This document shows positions 40,577 to 52,138 of a stretch of DNA of 64,000 nucleotides, one piece after another. Origin of the DNA: an uncultured delta proteobacterium (GTDB taxonomy: Bacteria > Desulfobacterota > Binatia > UBA9968). Both the position numbers and the translations under genes were made by a program. Location of the stretch: positions 1 to 64,000 of the forward strand of contig CAWJZV010000009.1 in the NCBI GenBank assembly GCA_963847445.1. Direction: 5' to 3'. The notes below the pieces were generated by a model. The model was not told the DNA's origin and did no database searches. It worked only from the letters and a program-made list of their open reading frames with translations. The stretch's first letter is position 1, and every line of letters begins with the position of its first letter.

Positions 40577-41755
40577 CTAGACTCGCCCAGCCGCTTTCTT
40601 GAGATCGGCCGCGCGATCGGTTTTTTCCCAAGTAAACATACCCTCTTCCGGAGCTCGGCCGAAGTGGCCGTAGGCTGCCGTGGCGCGATAGATCGGCCGT
40701 TTCAAATCGAGGGTTTGAATGATGCCCTTGGGGCTCAGATCGAAACTGTCTTGGACGATTTTGGCGATCATGTCTTCTGGAATCGCCGCGGTGCCGAAGG
40801 TATCGACGAGCACCGAAACCGGCTGCGCCACACCGATGACGTAAGCCAGTTGGACTTCGCAACGTTGGGCCAGTTCAGCCGCAACGATATTCTTAGCCAC
40901 ATAGCGCGCCATATACGCCGCGCTGCGGTCGACCTTCGATGGGTCCTTCCCAGAGAATGCACCGCCGCCATGACGGCCCATGCCGCCATAGGTGTCGACG
41001 ATAATTTTGCGGCCGGTCAGCCCGCAATCGCCTTGCGGGCCACCGACAACGAACCGGCCCGTCGGGTTGACGTGAAAAATCGTGTCTTTGTCCAAGTAGT
41101 CGGCGGGAATCACGGCTTTGATGACGCCGTCGATGATCGTCTCGCGCAGTTTCGCGTACTCGACATCGGCGCTGTGCTGCGTCGAGATCACGACGTTTTT
41201 GACCTTGACCGGCTTGCCGTCACGATACTCGACGGTAACCTGGGATTTGCTGTCGGGGCGGAGAAAATAAGCTTCGCCGCCTTTGCGGATCTTGGCGAGA
41301 TAGTGAACGAGGTTGTGCGCCATCTGAATCGGCAATGGCATCAGTTCAGGCGTTTCGTCGCAGGCGTAGCCGAACATCATGCCTTGATCGCCAGCCCCTT
41401 GTTCCTTGTGCAAACCTTGGCCTTCGGTAACCCCCTGAGAAATATCCGGCGACTGTTGCTCGATGGCGGTGAGAATCGCGCAGGTGTTGCCGTCGAAACC
41501 CATCGACGAATCCGTGTAGCCGATATCGCGCACTACTTCGCGGACGATATCGACATAAGGAACCTTGGTCTTACTGGTGATTTCGCCGGCAACGACGACC
41601 ATGCCCGTCTTCGCTAAGCTCTCGCAGGCAACGCGGCTATCGGGGTCCCCGGTAAGGTGAGCGTCGAGTATGGCATCGGATACTTGATCGCATAGCTTAT
41701 CCGGATGCCCTTCCGAAACGGACTCCGAAGTGAATAAGAAATTTTTGCCGGCCAT
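40577..41755 (-). CDS. metK: S-adenosylmethionine synthetase
   Basis: [35 protein letters not shown]. Confidence 0.99.
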   Translation of the reverse strand: MAGKNFLFTSESVSEGHPDKLCDQVSDAILDAHLTGDPDSRVACESLAKTGMVVVAGEITSKTKVPYVDIVREVVRDIGYTDSSMGFDGNTCAILTAIEQQSPDISQGVTEGQGLHKEQGAGDQGMMFGYACDETPELMPLPIQMAHNLVHYLAKIRKGGEAYFLRPDSKSQVTVEYRDGKPVKVKNVVISTQHSADVEYAKLRETIIDGVIKAVIPADYLDKDTIFHVNPTGRFVVGGPQGDCGLTGRKIIVDTYGGMGRHGGGAFSGKDPSKVDRSAAYMARYVAKNIVAAELAQRCEVQLAYVIGVAQPVSVLVDTFGTAAIPEDMIAKIVQDSFDLSPKGIIQTLDLKRPIYRATAAYGHFGRAPEEGMFTWEKTDRAADLKKAAGRV

Positions 41756-41832
41756 CAGCAAGACCTCCAAAGTTCTAAGAATGGAAAATTACAATCTGCC
41801 GATTCTATCGGATCGGGAATGGTCATTCAACC

Positions 41833-42108
41833 TTATTCGCTCTCGTTGAAGCGTGCGTCAATGAGCTTTTCGAGCGCCTTTACCGCCTTTTCGGCATCTT
41901 CACCGGTGGCCTCGATCTGAATCTTGCTGCCCTGCGGAACTCCCAAGGACATCACCCCCAAAATGCTCCGGCCATCGGTGGTTTGGCCGTCGGCGGAAAA
42001 ACTGATCTGAGCGGAAAACTTGTTGACGGTCTGCACCAGCAGCGCGGCCGCGCGCGCGTGCACACCCAATTTATTCTTGATTTCGATTTTCTTTACGACT
42101 TTGCTCAT
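41833..42108 (-). CDS. ptsH: phosphocarrier protein HPr/NPr
   Basis: NKLGVHARAA (His15), DGRSILGVM (Ser46). Confidence 0.93.
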   Translation of the reverse strand: MSKVVKKIEIKNKLGVHARAAALLVQTVNKFSAQISFSADGQTTDGRSILGVMSLGVPQGSKIQIEATGEDAEKAVKALEKLIDARFNESE

Positions 42109-42112
42109 AAAC

Positions 42113-42979
42113 TTATTTGTCGATATCCCGATGCTTGACATGCACGCGCAAGCTACCGCCACCGAAGCGCTTTTGCAGCTCCTCGACCAACGCCACGGAA
42201 CGGTGGCGGCCGCCGGTGCAACCGAGCCCCAGCGTCAAACTGCTTTTGCCCTCACGTTCGTAGAGCGGCAAAGTAAACTCCAAGAGCGCATAGAGACGAT
42301 CGAGAAAGGCGCGGGTTTCGGCATTGGACAGAACATAATCCTCGACTTCCCGGTCCAGGCCGCTCTTACCACGCAACTCGTTGACGAAATAGGGATTGGG
42401 CAGGAAGCGCACGTCGAGGATTACATCGGTGTCGTGGGGAATCCCGAACTTGTATCCGAAAGAAGTTAGAAACAGCGTCATGCGGCGCGCCGATGGGGCA
42501 TCGCAAAACTGCTGCTCCATCTCGCGCTTGAGCTCATGCACATTGAAGTCGCTGGTATCGATCACCTTGTCGGCCAAAGCGCGGATCGACTCCAAGGCTA
42601 TGCGCTCCCGCGCAATACCGTCTTGGACGGATCCGCCGGCGGCCGAGGGATGAGGCCGGCGGGTTTCACTGAAACGGCGCAACAACACGTCATCGGACGC
42701 GTCGAAAAACAGCACTTGAACATGATGGCCGCCGCCGCGCATCTCGGTCAGCACTTCCGGCAACGCACGCAGAAATTGACTGCCGCGGACATCGACGCCC
42801 AAGGCGATGCGCATGATATCTTCTTGATAACCTTGGCAGAGCTCGACGAATTTCGGTATCAGCGGCGCCGGCAGATTATCGATGCAAAAAAAACCGTTGT
42901 CTTCGAGGGCGCGAATCGCAAAGCTCTTACCTGAACCGGAAAGTCCGGTGATAATAAAGATGTCTAAGCCGTTGGCCAT
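42113..42979 (-). CDS. rapZ: RNase adapter RapZ
   Basis: GLSGSGKS, DNLP, RRFSETRRPHP, SFGYKFG, GCTGGRHRSV. Confidence 0.97.
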   Translation of the reverse strand: MANGLDIFIITGLSGSGKSFAIRALEDNGFFCIDNLPAPLIPKFVELCQGYQEDIMRIALGVDVRGSQFLRALPEVLTEMRGGGHHVQVLFFDASDDVLLRRFSETRRPHPSAAGGSVQDGIARERIALESIRALADKVIDTSDFNVHELKREMEQQFCDAPSARRMTLFLTSFGYKFGIPHDTDVILDVRFLPNPYFVNELRGKSGLDREVEDYVLSNAETRAFLDRLYALLEFTLPLYEREGKSSLTLGLGCTGGRHRSVALVEELQKRFGGGSLRVHVKHRDIDK

Positions 42980-42994
42980 ACCGTAACTGGACGA

Positions 42995-43456
42995 TTAGAA
43001 TTTGTCGTCTGCCGCGCTAATCAGTTGAAACAGCTCCTGGCTGGTGCTGCCCGCCATTAAATGTTGGCGAAAAAATTCGTCCTTCAACAATCGTGAAATG
43101 CGCGCCAGCGCTTTGAGGTGATCGGTGGCGGCGTTCTCCGGTGCGATCAGGACAAAAAACAGGTGAGTTGGACCGCCGTCGAGAGAATTGAAGTCGACGC
43201 CCGCCGGACTGCGCGCAAACAGACCGTAGATCTTATCTAGGCCAGGCAATTTGCCATGGGGTATCGCCACGCCGTCACCGATCGCAGTCGAACTGATCCG
43301 TTCCCGTTCCTGAAGCACGGCGAGAACTTGTTTTTGCTCTAAGTTCTGGTGCTTGGCGGCTAACCCAGCCGCGAGTTCTTCCAACACCGAGCTTTTGTCG
43401 CGGTTGACAAGAGCGGGTATGACGGTGTGAACACTGACAAAATCGGTAATCTTCAC
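42995..43456 (-). CDS. ptsN: PTS nitrogen-regulatory IIA component
   Basis: RERISSTAIGDGVAIPH, HLKALARISRL; GTG start chosen from upstream AAGGGAAG. Confidence 0.92.
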   Translation of the reverse strand: MKITDFVSVHTVIPALVNRDKSSVLEELAAGLAAKHQNLEQKQVLAVLQERERISSTAIGDGVAIPHGKLPGLDKIYGLFARSPAGVDFNSLDGGPTHLFFVLIAPENAATDHLKALARISRLLKDEFFRQHLMAGSTSQELFQLISAADDKF

Positions 43457-43472
43457 AAACTTCCCTTTTGCT

Positions 43473-43525
43473 GCCAAGCCGCGCCGGCTCTGATTATTTT
43501 ACCGCCAGAGTCGGCGCGGCTTGGC
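43473..43525. repeat. 20-bp-stem hairpin between rpoN and ptsN
   Basis: GCCAAGCCGCGCCGGCTCTG-13 nt-CAGAGTCGGCGCGGCTTGGC (one mismatch). Confidence 0.8.
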
Positions 43526-43578
43526 GAAACCCAACAGCGACTTGAATACCATGCATCGGCCGTTCAACTCCGATCCGG

Positions 43579-45054
43579 CTACTTGCGGATAAAATGGCGT
43601 CGCTTGGACGACGGCAGGACGCCCATGGCTTCGCGGTACTTAGCCACGGTGCGGCGGGCGATTTCGATGGAATCATCGGACAGCATCACGGCGATATGCT
43701 GATCGCTGTAGGGCTTGCGAGGATCTTCGCCGGCAACGATCGCGCGAATTTTTTCTTTGACGCTCTCGCTGGCAACATCGTCGCCGCCGCGGCTCATCAA
43801 GCCGCTCTGAAAGAAAAATTTGAGTTCGAACAAGCCCTGGGGCGTATGCACGTATTTGTTCGCCGTTGCCCGGCTCACCGTTGATTCGTGCATGGAAATA
43901 TCGTCGGCGACCTGGCGCAACACCATGGGTTTCAAATGGCTCACACCGTGATCGAGGAACTCTTCCTGAAATTTGAAAATGCTCTGGGTGACCTTCATCA
44001 GCGTCGCCTGGCGCTGTTGAATGCTCTTGATCAGCCAGGTCGCCGCCCGAACTTTTTCCTGCAGGTACTGCCGAGCCTGCTCTTCCTCGGCCCCTTCCTG
44101 TCCGGCCATGCGGCGATACAGCGAGCTCACGCGCAGCCGCGGCACGCCGTCGTCGTTTAGATAAATCACCCATTCACCGCTGATTTTCTCGACGAAAACA
44201 TCGGGCAGCACGGTGCGCACATCGTCTTGCTCGAATCCGCGGGACGGTTTCGGTTCCAGCGAAGCGATCAAGTGCGCCGCGTCGGCGATCTCATCGACGG
44301 TGACGCCGAGATCCTTAGCGAGCTTTTCATAGCGCTTCGACTCGAGATAATTCAAGTAGCCGTCGGCAATGCGCGCCGCCAGGCTATCCTTGAGCTTTAG
44401 ATTTTCCAGCTGCACCAGAAGACACTCGCGCAGGTCGCGCGCGGCGACCCCAACCGGATCGAAAAACTGGATGCGCTTGAGCACCGCTTCCGCTTCCGCG
44501 GGGGTACATTCCACGGCACTGCAAACTTCATCGAGGGTCAGAGCCAGATAACCATTCTCACTAATATTCTGGATGATGTAGAAGCCGATGTTCGATTCCC
44601 GTTCGCTGATCTTCGACAAACGCAACTGCCAAATCAGATGATCTTCCAGGGAAGTTTTCTTAGTTAAGCTATTTTCCCACGACGGCGGCGAGTCGCCATC
44701 GTCGGACATCGCCTCGGCGGTGAGCGAGCTATGCACGCCGTTGGAATGGCTATCGATATACTCTTGCCAATCCAGGGTGCCGATCTTGTCCACCGTGTTG
44801 GGCTCGCGCGGCGCGACCAATTCGGCGAACTCTTCGGTCGGTTCGCTTTTGGTTTCGGCGCGCGGCGGCTCGGCGACTTCGGGTTCGTCCGTGGCGCCCT
44901 CTTCGAGAGCTGGGTTTTCTTGCAGCTCTTTTAGAACCATTTCTTCGAGCTCGACGCGGGACAACTGCAATAACTTGATCGCCTGCTGTAACTGCGGCGT
45001 CATCACCAGCGTCTGAGCCAGCTTTTGAACTTGGTGTAAATTTAGACCTGCCAT
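43579..45054 (-). CDS. rpoN: RNA polymerase sigma-54 factor
   Basis: MTPQLQQAIKLLQ, HESTVSRA, RpoN box ARRTVAKYRE. Confidence 0.99.
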   Translation of the reverse strand: MAGLNLHQVQKLAQTLVMTPQLQQAIKLLQLSRVELEEMVLKELQENPALEEGATDEPEVAEPPRAETKSEPTEEFAELVAPREPNTVDKIGTLDWQEYIDSHSNGVHSSLTAEAMSDDGDSPPSWENSLTKKTSLEDHLIWQLRLSKISERESNIGFYIIQNISENGYLALTLDEVCSAVECTPAEAEAVLKRIQFFDPVGVAARDLRECLLVQLENLKLKDSLAARIADGYLNYLESKRYEKLAKDLGVTVDEIADAAHLIASLEPKPSRGFEQDDVRTVLPDVFVEKISGEWVIYLNDDGVPRLRVSSLYRRMAGQEGAEEEQARQYLQEKVRAATWLIKSIQQRQATLMKVTQSIFKFQEEFLDHGVSHLKPMVLRQVADDISMHESTVSRATANKYVHTPQGLFELKFFFQSGLMSRGGDDVASESVKEKIRAIVAGEDPRKPYSDQHIAVMLSDDSIEIARRTVAKYREAMGVLPSSKRRHFIRK

Positions 45055-45056
45055 GG

Positions 45057-45779
45057 TTAGAACTTAAAGCCTTCTCCCAAATAGAATTTTCGTGCTTTGG
45101 AGCTGGCGGCAATGAATTGCGGCGTGCCCTCCTCCAAAATCGTCCCTTGGTTGACGATGTAAGCCCGGTCACAGATACCCAAGGTCTCTCTGACGTTATG
45201 ATCGGTAATTAATATGCCGATTCCGCTGGTGACTAGGTTGCGGACGATTTTTTGGATCTCCGCCACGGCGATCGGGTCGATGCCGGTAAAGGGTTCGTCG
45301 AGCAAGAGGAAAAACGGCGACAGCACCAATGCTCTGGCAATTTCGACGCGTCGCCGTTCGCCACCGGATAAGGTAAACGCCTTGTGGGTCGCGAGATGAC
45401 TCACGCCGAGCATCTTCATCAGCGCGCCGGCCCGTTCTTTTTGGTCGGCACCGCTCAAATCGAGAGTTTGCAGGATCGCCAGCAAATTCTGCTCGACCGT
45501 CAGACGGCGAAACACCGAGGATTCCTGCGGCAGGTAGCTTATCCCGGCGCGGGCGCGCTGATAGATCGGTGCGTTGGTAAGATCGTCGTCGTTTAGCAAA
45601 ACCTTTCCCTCATCGGGCTGAACTAAACCAACCATCATATGAAACGTAGTTGTCTTACCGGCGCCGTTGGGGCCTAACAAGCCGACCACTTCGCCGCCTT
45701 GGACCGCCAAGCTGACTCCATCGACTACCCGCCGGCCACTGTACGCTTTGGCAACCGACACTGCTTTGAGCAGGCTCAT
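45057..45779 (-). CDS. lptB: LPS export ABC ATPase
   Basis: GPNGAGKTT, YLPQESSVFR, LSGGERRRVEIAR, TDHNVRET. Confidence 0.98.
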   Translation of the reverse strand: MSLLKAVSVAKAYSGRRVVDGVSLAVQGGEVVGLLGPNGAGKTTTFHMMVGLVQPDEGKVLLNDDDLTNAPIYQRARAGISYLPQESSVFRRLTVEQNLLAILQTLDLSGADQKERAGALMKMLGVSHLATHKAFTLSGGERRRVEIARALVLSPFFLLLDEPFTGIDPIAVAEIQKIVRNLVTSGIGILITDHNVRETLGICDRAYIVNQGTILEEGTPQFIAASSKARKFYLGEGFKF

Positions 45780-46330
45780 TTTGACTTGGCATCTCCCTGC
45801 TCCCGGCCCTTCAACTCTTCAGGAAATATCGTCGCCGAAACCCTCGTCTTACCATCGCTTTCGACCATGGCGCGATCCTGGTCGATAAAATAGACTACCT
45901 TCGCACCGCTGACCTGATTATTGCCTTGGCGCATCACCGGGTTACCGGTAAGAGTAACCGTCTTGGCTCTATCGTCGAAAACGGCTCGATCGCCGGTGGC
46001 AACGCGCGTCCCTTGGGTTGCATTGACTTTGCCATCCAGGACGATCTGTTTCATCTGCTTCATCTCAGGATCGTAATATGCGATGAGCGCGTCACTGCGC
46101 ATGGTCATATCGGACTGCACGGCAACGACCCGGCCTTTGTAAACGATCGTGCTCTTCGCCTGATCGACTTCCATCCAGTCGGCGGTGATGTAGATCGGGT
46201 CCTTTTTATTGAACTCGAAGGCGTTGTCGGTCTTTTTCTCGTCCGCTGCCGCGGCCTCGGCTCGCATGGCAGGAAAGGAAGCCGCCAAGGATACTCCCAA
46301 TACGATCGCCGAGAGGATTTGCTGCGTCAT
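45776..46330 (-). CDS. lptA: LPS transport periplasmic protein LptA
   Basis: Signal peptide, PIYITAD, GRVVAVQ, LTGNP; synteny. Confidence 0.88.
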   Translation of the reverse strand: MTQQILSAIVLGVSLAASFPAMRAEAAAADEKKTDNAFEFNKKDPIYITADWMEVDQAKSTIVYKGRVVAVQSDMTMRSDALIAYYDPEMKQMKQIVLDGKVNATQGTRVATGDRAVFDDRAKTVTLTGNPVMRQGNNQVSGAKVVYFIDQDRAMVESDGKTRVSATIFPEELKGREQGDAKSK

Positions 46331-46331
46331 G

Positions 46332-46959
46332 TCATCCCCCGATCCTTGGGCTGTTGGCGGTCTGGGATTTTTTGTTGGCAAGTTTTTCCGGCTCGATCTT
46401 GGTCTTGACGTCACGCACCATGCGAATCTTCTTCCCCTCTAATTCCACTTCCATGCTCGCTCCCTCAATTGAAATGCCTTCGCCAACGACCTGAGTTCGG
46501 CTCGGTAACGAGATTTGTTCCTTGGCGGGTAGATAGTTGGCCGTTGCCGAAGTCAGCACGTAACCCTTCATCGCGACCCGGACACCGCCTTTGAGCTCCA
46601 ACCGTTCGAGCTCCTTCTCGTTCAGGAAAACATGAGCCGCGTCCGCTGAGGTCTCCGCCGCCTCATCCTTCTTATCGTAGTAAATAAACCGCGGCCGCTT
46701 GATTACCGCTTCCCGCTTGTCCTTGAGGTAATGCGCCTCATCGCCGAAAAGTTCCCATACCTTGCGGCCATTCTCGATCTTGGCGCGATGAAAATCCTTG
46801 ATTTGCAACACGGAGTCCGGCAAGGGCATCGAGGACAGCGACGGGATTTTTTACGTCAACTTTCATCATCTTCTGCACGACCTCGGCGACCTTGAAAGCC
46901 ACCCCGCCGAGAGAAAGAAGAATCACCGCAAGTAAGATCGCCCGTCTGGTTTTGCGCAT
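46332..46959 (-). CDS. lptC: LPS export protein LptC, frameshift near 46828
   Basis: TM anchor in ORF 46738-46974 plus beta-rich ORF 46332-46829; synteny kdsC-lptC-lptA. Confidence 0.8.
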
Positions 46960-46983
46960 AATCAGTTCAGCCAAGTAGATGCA

Positions 46984-47012
46984 AAAATACCACTCTTACG
47001 AATTGCTGTAAA
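46984..47012 (-). promoter_or_regulatory. putative sigma70 promoter of lptCAB-rpoN
   Basis: Minus strand TTTACA-17 nt-TATTTT with TG extended -10. Confidence 0.5.
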
Positions 47013-47017
47013 GGAAT

Positions 47018-47033
47018 AGGCACGATATTTGCT
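47018..47033 (+). promoter_or_regulatory. sigma54 -24/-12 site
   Basis: AGGCACGATATTTGCT: GG-N10-GC, near-consensus TGGCACG-N4-TTGCW. Confidence 0.65.
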
Positions 47034-47060
47034 TTGCAAATAGGTAACCGGCTGGAGTAA

Positions 47061-47600
47061 TTAAGAATTTGCTTGAAGAGGCAGTAAGTCCGACCACTTA
47101 TTATGGGCTTTAAGGATCAACTCGGCGACCTCGCGTACGGCGCCCATGCCGCCCCTAGCCACGGTAACGTAGTCAGCGAGCGGCTTGAGTTCTGCCGAAC
47201 CATCGCCAACCATTACCGCCAAACCCACCCGCCGCAGCACAGGTAAATCGATGATGTCGTCGCCAACATAGGCAATTTGTGCGTCGGTCAGGCGGCGCTT
47301 CTTTTTGATCCGTTCATAGACCCGCAGCTTGTCCTGCACACCCTGGAATAGCAGCGTGACCCGCAGGTCGTTAGCGCGGTGGCGGACGACGCGAGACGAT
47401 CGTCCGGTGATAAAACCCACCTCGATACCGCTGCGTTTCAACAGTGAGATTCCCTGACCGTCGCGGACGTGAAAATGTTTGGTCTCGACACCGCGGTCGT
47501 CGATGATGATGCGCCCGTCGGTGAGCACACCGTCGACGTCCAACAGCAGGAGGCGAATGTTCGCCGCCTTTCGGCGTAGCGAGGCTGGGATGGTTTTCAC
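47061..47600 (-). CDS. kdsC: KDO-8-phosphate phosphatase
   Basis: LDVDGVLTDG, ITGR, YVGDDIID, GGMGAVREV. Confidence 0.95.
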   Translation of the reverse strand: MKTIPASLRRKAANIRLLLLDVDGVLTDGRIIIDDRGVETKHFHVRDGQGISLLKRSGIEVGFITGRSSRVVRHRANDLRVTLLFQGVQDKLRVYERIKKKRRLTDAQIAYVGDDIIDLPVLRRVGLAVMVGDGSAELKPLADYVTVARGGMGAVREVAELILKAHNKWSDLLPLQANS

Positions 47601-47609
47601 GGCGAGACG

Positions 47610-48581
47610 CTAGAGGCCGGCTTTGATCAGATCGTGCAAATGAACGATGCCGACCGGCTTCTTGGTCTCCGGCTCAAGCACGAATAAAGAGGTTATTGGA
47701 AATTTCTCCATCACCGCTACCGCTTCGCTCGCTAGAGTGTCGGCCGGAATCGTCTTGGGATTGCGCGTCATTAGATCATTTGCCGCCAAGGAGAGAATCT
47801 CGCCCTTGCTCTCCAATCCTCGGCGTAAATCACCGTCGGTGAGAACCCCGACGAGCTGATCCTTCTCGTTGGTCACGCCGGTGACGCCAAGGCGCTTCGC
47901 GGTGATCTCGAACAGCGCGCCCTTTACGCTGGTCGTCTCACGAACCAAAGGTAATCGCTCGCCGCGAAGCATCAAGTCTTCGACCCGCAGCAGCAGCTTA
48001 CGGCCGAGCATGCCGCCGGGATGGCGCATGGCGAAGTCCGCTTCATTGAAGCCGTTCTGCTCGAGTAAAACCACCGCGAGGGCGTCGCCCATGGCCAACG
48101 CGACCGTGGTGCTGGTGGTCGGCGCCAGGCCGAGGGGACACGCCTCCTCCTTGACGCGAACGTTGAGCACCAGTTCACCCGCTTTCGCGAGAGTCGACTC
48201 CGGATTGCCGGTGATCACGATCAGCTTAAGGCCATGATATTTGAAATGGGGCAAGAGCTTGAGGATTTCATCGGTCTCGCCGCTATTGGAAACCGCAACC
48301 ACGATATCGTCCGGCATCACCATGCCGAGATCGCCGTGCACGGCGTCGCCGGAATGAAGATAAAATGCCGGCGTGCCGGTGCTCGACAAGGTCGCGGCGA
48401 TTTTGGCGCAGATCAGGCCCGATTTGCCGACGCCGGTCACCACCACCTTGCCCTTGCAGCTTTGCATCATCTCGACCGCGCGAACGAAATTTTCATCCAG
48501 GTGGTCGATGACGGACAACAGCCCTTGGGCCTCCATCCGCAAAACCTCGGCGGCACGACTGAGAACGGTTTGCTTGTTCAC
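47610..48581 (-). CDS. kdsD: arabinose-5-phosphate isomerase (SIS + CBS)
   Basis: GVGKSG, HGDLG, EACPLGLAPTTS, HPGG; GTG start. Confidence 0.95.
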   Translation of the reverse strand: MNKQTVLSRAAEVLRMEAQGLLSVIDHLDENFVRAVEMMQSCKGKVVVTGVGKSGLICAKIAATLSSTGTPAFYLHSGDAVHGDLGMVMPDDIVVAVSNSGETDEILKLLPHFKYHGLKLIVITGNPESTLAKAGELVLNVRVKEEACPLGLAPTTSTTVALAMGDALAVVLLEQNGFNEADFAMRHPGGMLGRKLLLRVEDLMLRGERLPLVRETTSVKGALFEITAKRLGVTGVTNEKDQLVGVLTDGDLRRGLESKGEILSLAANDLMTRNPKTIPADTLASEAVAVMEKFPITSLFVLEPETKKPVGIVHLHDLIKAGL

Positions 48582-48585
48582 GGTA

Positions 48586-49413
48586 TCAAAGTCCTTTGAC
48601 CAGAGCGTCGATCTCCTTGACCTTGCGGAGCAAGGCTTCGAAGTTTTCCAGCGCCAAGGAATTGGGCCCATCGCTCAACGCCTGGTCGGGGTTCTCATGC
48701 ACTTCCATGAATAGCGCATCGATGCCGGTGGCGACACCAGCCCGCGCCAGGGCGGGAATATACTTGCGCTCGCCGCCGGAAGCATTGCCCAAACCGCCCG
48801 GCAGCTGCAAACTATGAGTCGCGTCGAAGACCACGGGAAAGCCCATGTCGCGCATCACCACGAGGGATCGCATATCGGATACTAAGTTATTATAGCCAAA
48901 CGACGCGCCGCGTTCGGTGACAAGAATCTGCTGATTACCGGTGGAGAGAATCTTGTCGATGACGTTGCGCATGTCCCAGGGCGCGAGGAATTGTCCCTTT
49001 TTGACATTGACGACTCTGCCGGACTGGGCCACCGCGGCAACGAAATCGGTCTGGCGGCACAGGAACGCCGGGATTTGCAGAATGTCGGCGACGTCTTGGA
49101 CCGCCGCCACTTGAGCGGTTTCATGGACATCGGTGAGCACCGGCACGCCGATCTTTGCTTTGACTTCGGCAAGAATCGCCAAGCCCTTGTCGAGACCGAG
49201 CCCGCGAAACGAATCGATCGAACTGCGATTCGCCTTGTCGTAGGAAGCTTTGAAAACATACGGCACGCCGACGCGGTCGGCGCGTTCTTTGAGCGCCGCA
49301 GCGTGGCGCAGCGCCGACTCCCTGCTTTCGATGACGCAAGGTCCGGCAATGACCGCCAGCGGGCCATCGCCACCGATCGAAACATTTCCAACCTGTATCA
49401 GCTTTGTCGGCAT
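48586..49413 (-). CDS. kdsA: KDO-8-phosphate synthase
   Basis: AGPCVIES, KASYDKANRSS, QIPAFLCRQTD, FDATHS. Confidence 0.98.
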   Translation of the reverse strand: MPTKLIQVGNVSIGGDGPLAVIAGPCVIESRESALRHAAALKERADRVGVPYVFKASYDKANRSSIDSFRGLGLDKGLAILAEVKAKIGVPVLTDVHETAQVAAVQDVADILQIPAFLCRQTDFVAAVAQSGRVVNVKKGQFLAPWDMRNVIDKILSTGNQQILVTERGASFGYNNLVSDMRSLVVMRDMGFPVVFDATHSLQLPGGLGNASGGERKYIPALARAGVATGIDALFMEVHENPDQALSDGPNSLALENFEALLRKVKEIDALVKGL

Positions 49414-49432
49414 CGGTTCGGGCAAGTCCCAA

Positions 49433-51088
<1,656 letters not shown>

Positions 51089-51862
51089 TCAGTTCGAACG
51101 TCGCTTTAAATAACTTTCCGCCCGCAGGAGATCGGCTGGTGTATCCACCTCCACCGACCGCTCGTCGACCTGCGCGACGTAAATTCGATAGCCGTTTTCC
51201 AAGGCCCGTAACTGTTCCAAACTTTCAATTTGCTCCAACGCGGTCGGCCGCAGCCGGGCGAATTTCAATAGGAAATCTCGCCGATAAACATATAAGCCGA
51301 GATGACGATAGCCCCAAAGTCGGCGCTGCTTCCGCCGGGCAATCTTTTTGCCGTTGGGATCAATGCCGTCGTTGCGCCGGAAAGGTATCGGCGCCCGGGT
51401 AAAAAACAACGCCAACCTGGCCTTGTCCGTGAGCACCTTCACGATATTCGGATCGCGCCATTCGGACTCACGGTAAATCGCCGTGCATACCGTGCCCATC
51501 GGGATAGCGCGATTGCGCCGCAACGGCTGCACCGCCTGGCCAATCGTTTTGGCGCTAATAAACGGCAAATCGCCCTGGACGTTCACCAGCAGTTCGGCCT
51601 TGATCTTGCGCGCCACCTCGGCCAAACGGTCGGTGCCACTGCTATGATCGGCTGAGGTCATCACAACTTCGCCACCGAATCCTTTCACCACCGCTTCTAT
51701 GCGCCGATCGTCGGTGGCGACGATCACCCGGTCCAGCACTTTAGCTTTGGCAGCGCTCTCGTAGACATGTTGGATCATCGGCCGGCCGCAGATTTGAGCT
51801 AAAGGCTTAGCCGGCAGCCGGGTCGATCCAAAGCGCGCCGGGATAATCGCCACAACGCTCAT
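51089..51862 (-). CDS. kdsB: 3-deoxy-manno-octulosonate cytidylyltransferase
   Basis: IPARFGSTRLPAKPL, SGTDR, NVQGD, ESLEQLRALE. Confidence 0.97.
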   Translation of the reverse strand: MSVVAIIPARFGSTRLPAKPLAQICGRPMIQHVYESAAKAKVLDRVIVATDDRRIEAVVKGFGGEVVMTSADHSSGTDRLAEVARKIKAELLVNVQGDLPFISAKTIGQAVQPLRRNRAIPMGTVCTAIYRESEWRDPNIVKVLTDKARLALFFTRAPIPFRRNDGIDPNGKKIARRKQRRLWGYRHLGLYVYRRDFLLKFARLRPTALEQIESLEQLRALENGYRIYVAQVDERSVEVDTPADLLRAESYLKRRSN

Positions 51863-52138
51863 GGACTCACGAATTCACGGATGCAATGACAATCGATTGA
51901 ATGGTTAATACTGGCATGGCGTCGCCAAAAACAAAAAACCGCAATGGCTTTCCCGGAAAGCGCATTACGGAATTCGATAATACGCTGGCAGGTAAAAGCT
52001 GTCAACGCGAATCGCGCCATCAAGCGCGCGCTGACAAAGAAATCTAACCGCGCGAAAGAGTCGATCCTTCGGCGCTTGACTGATCGAGGCACAGTCATGA
52101 TAGGAATGAGGCAAGACCTGCAGAATAGGAAATGGCTC

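Noticed and set aside
41756-41832. SAM riboswitch upstream of metK, and glmS ribozyme upstream of glmS
   Set aside because: No recognisable consensus; the metK leader is short and glmS is directly coupled to glmU
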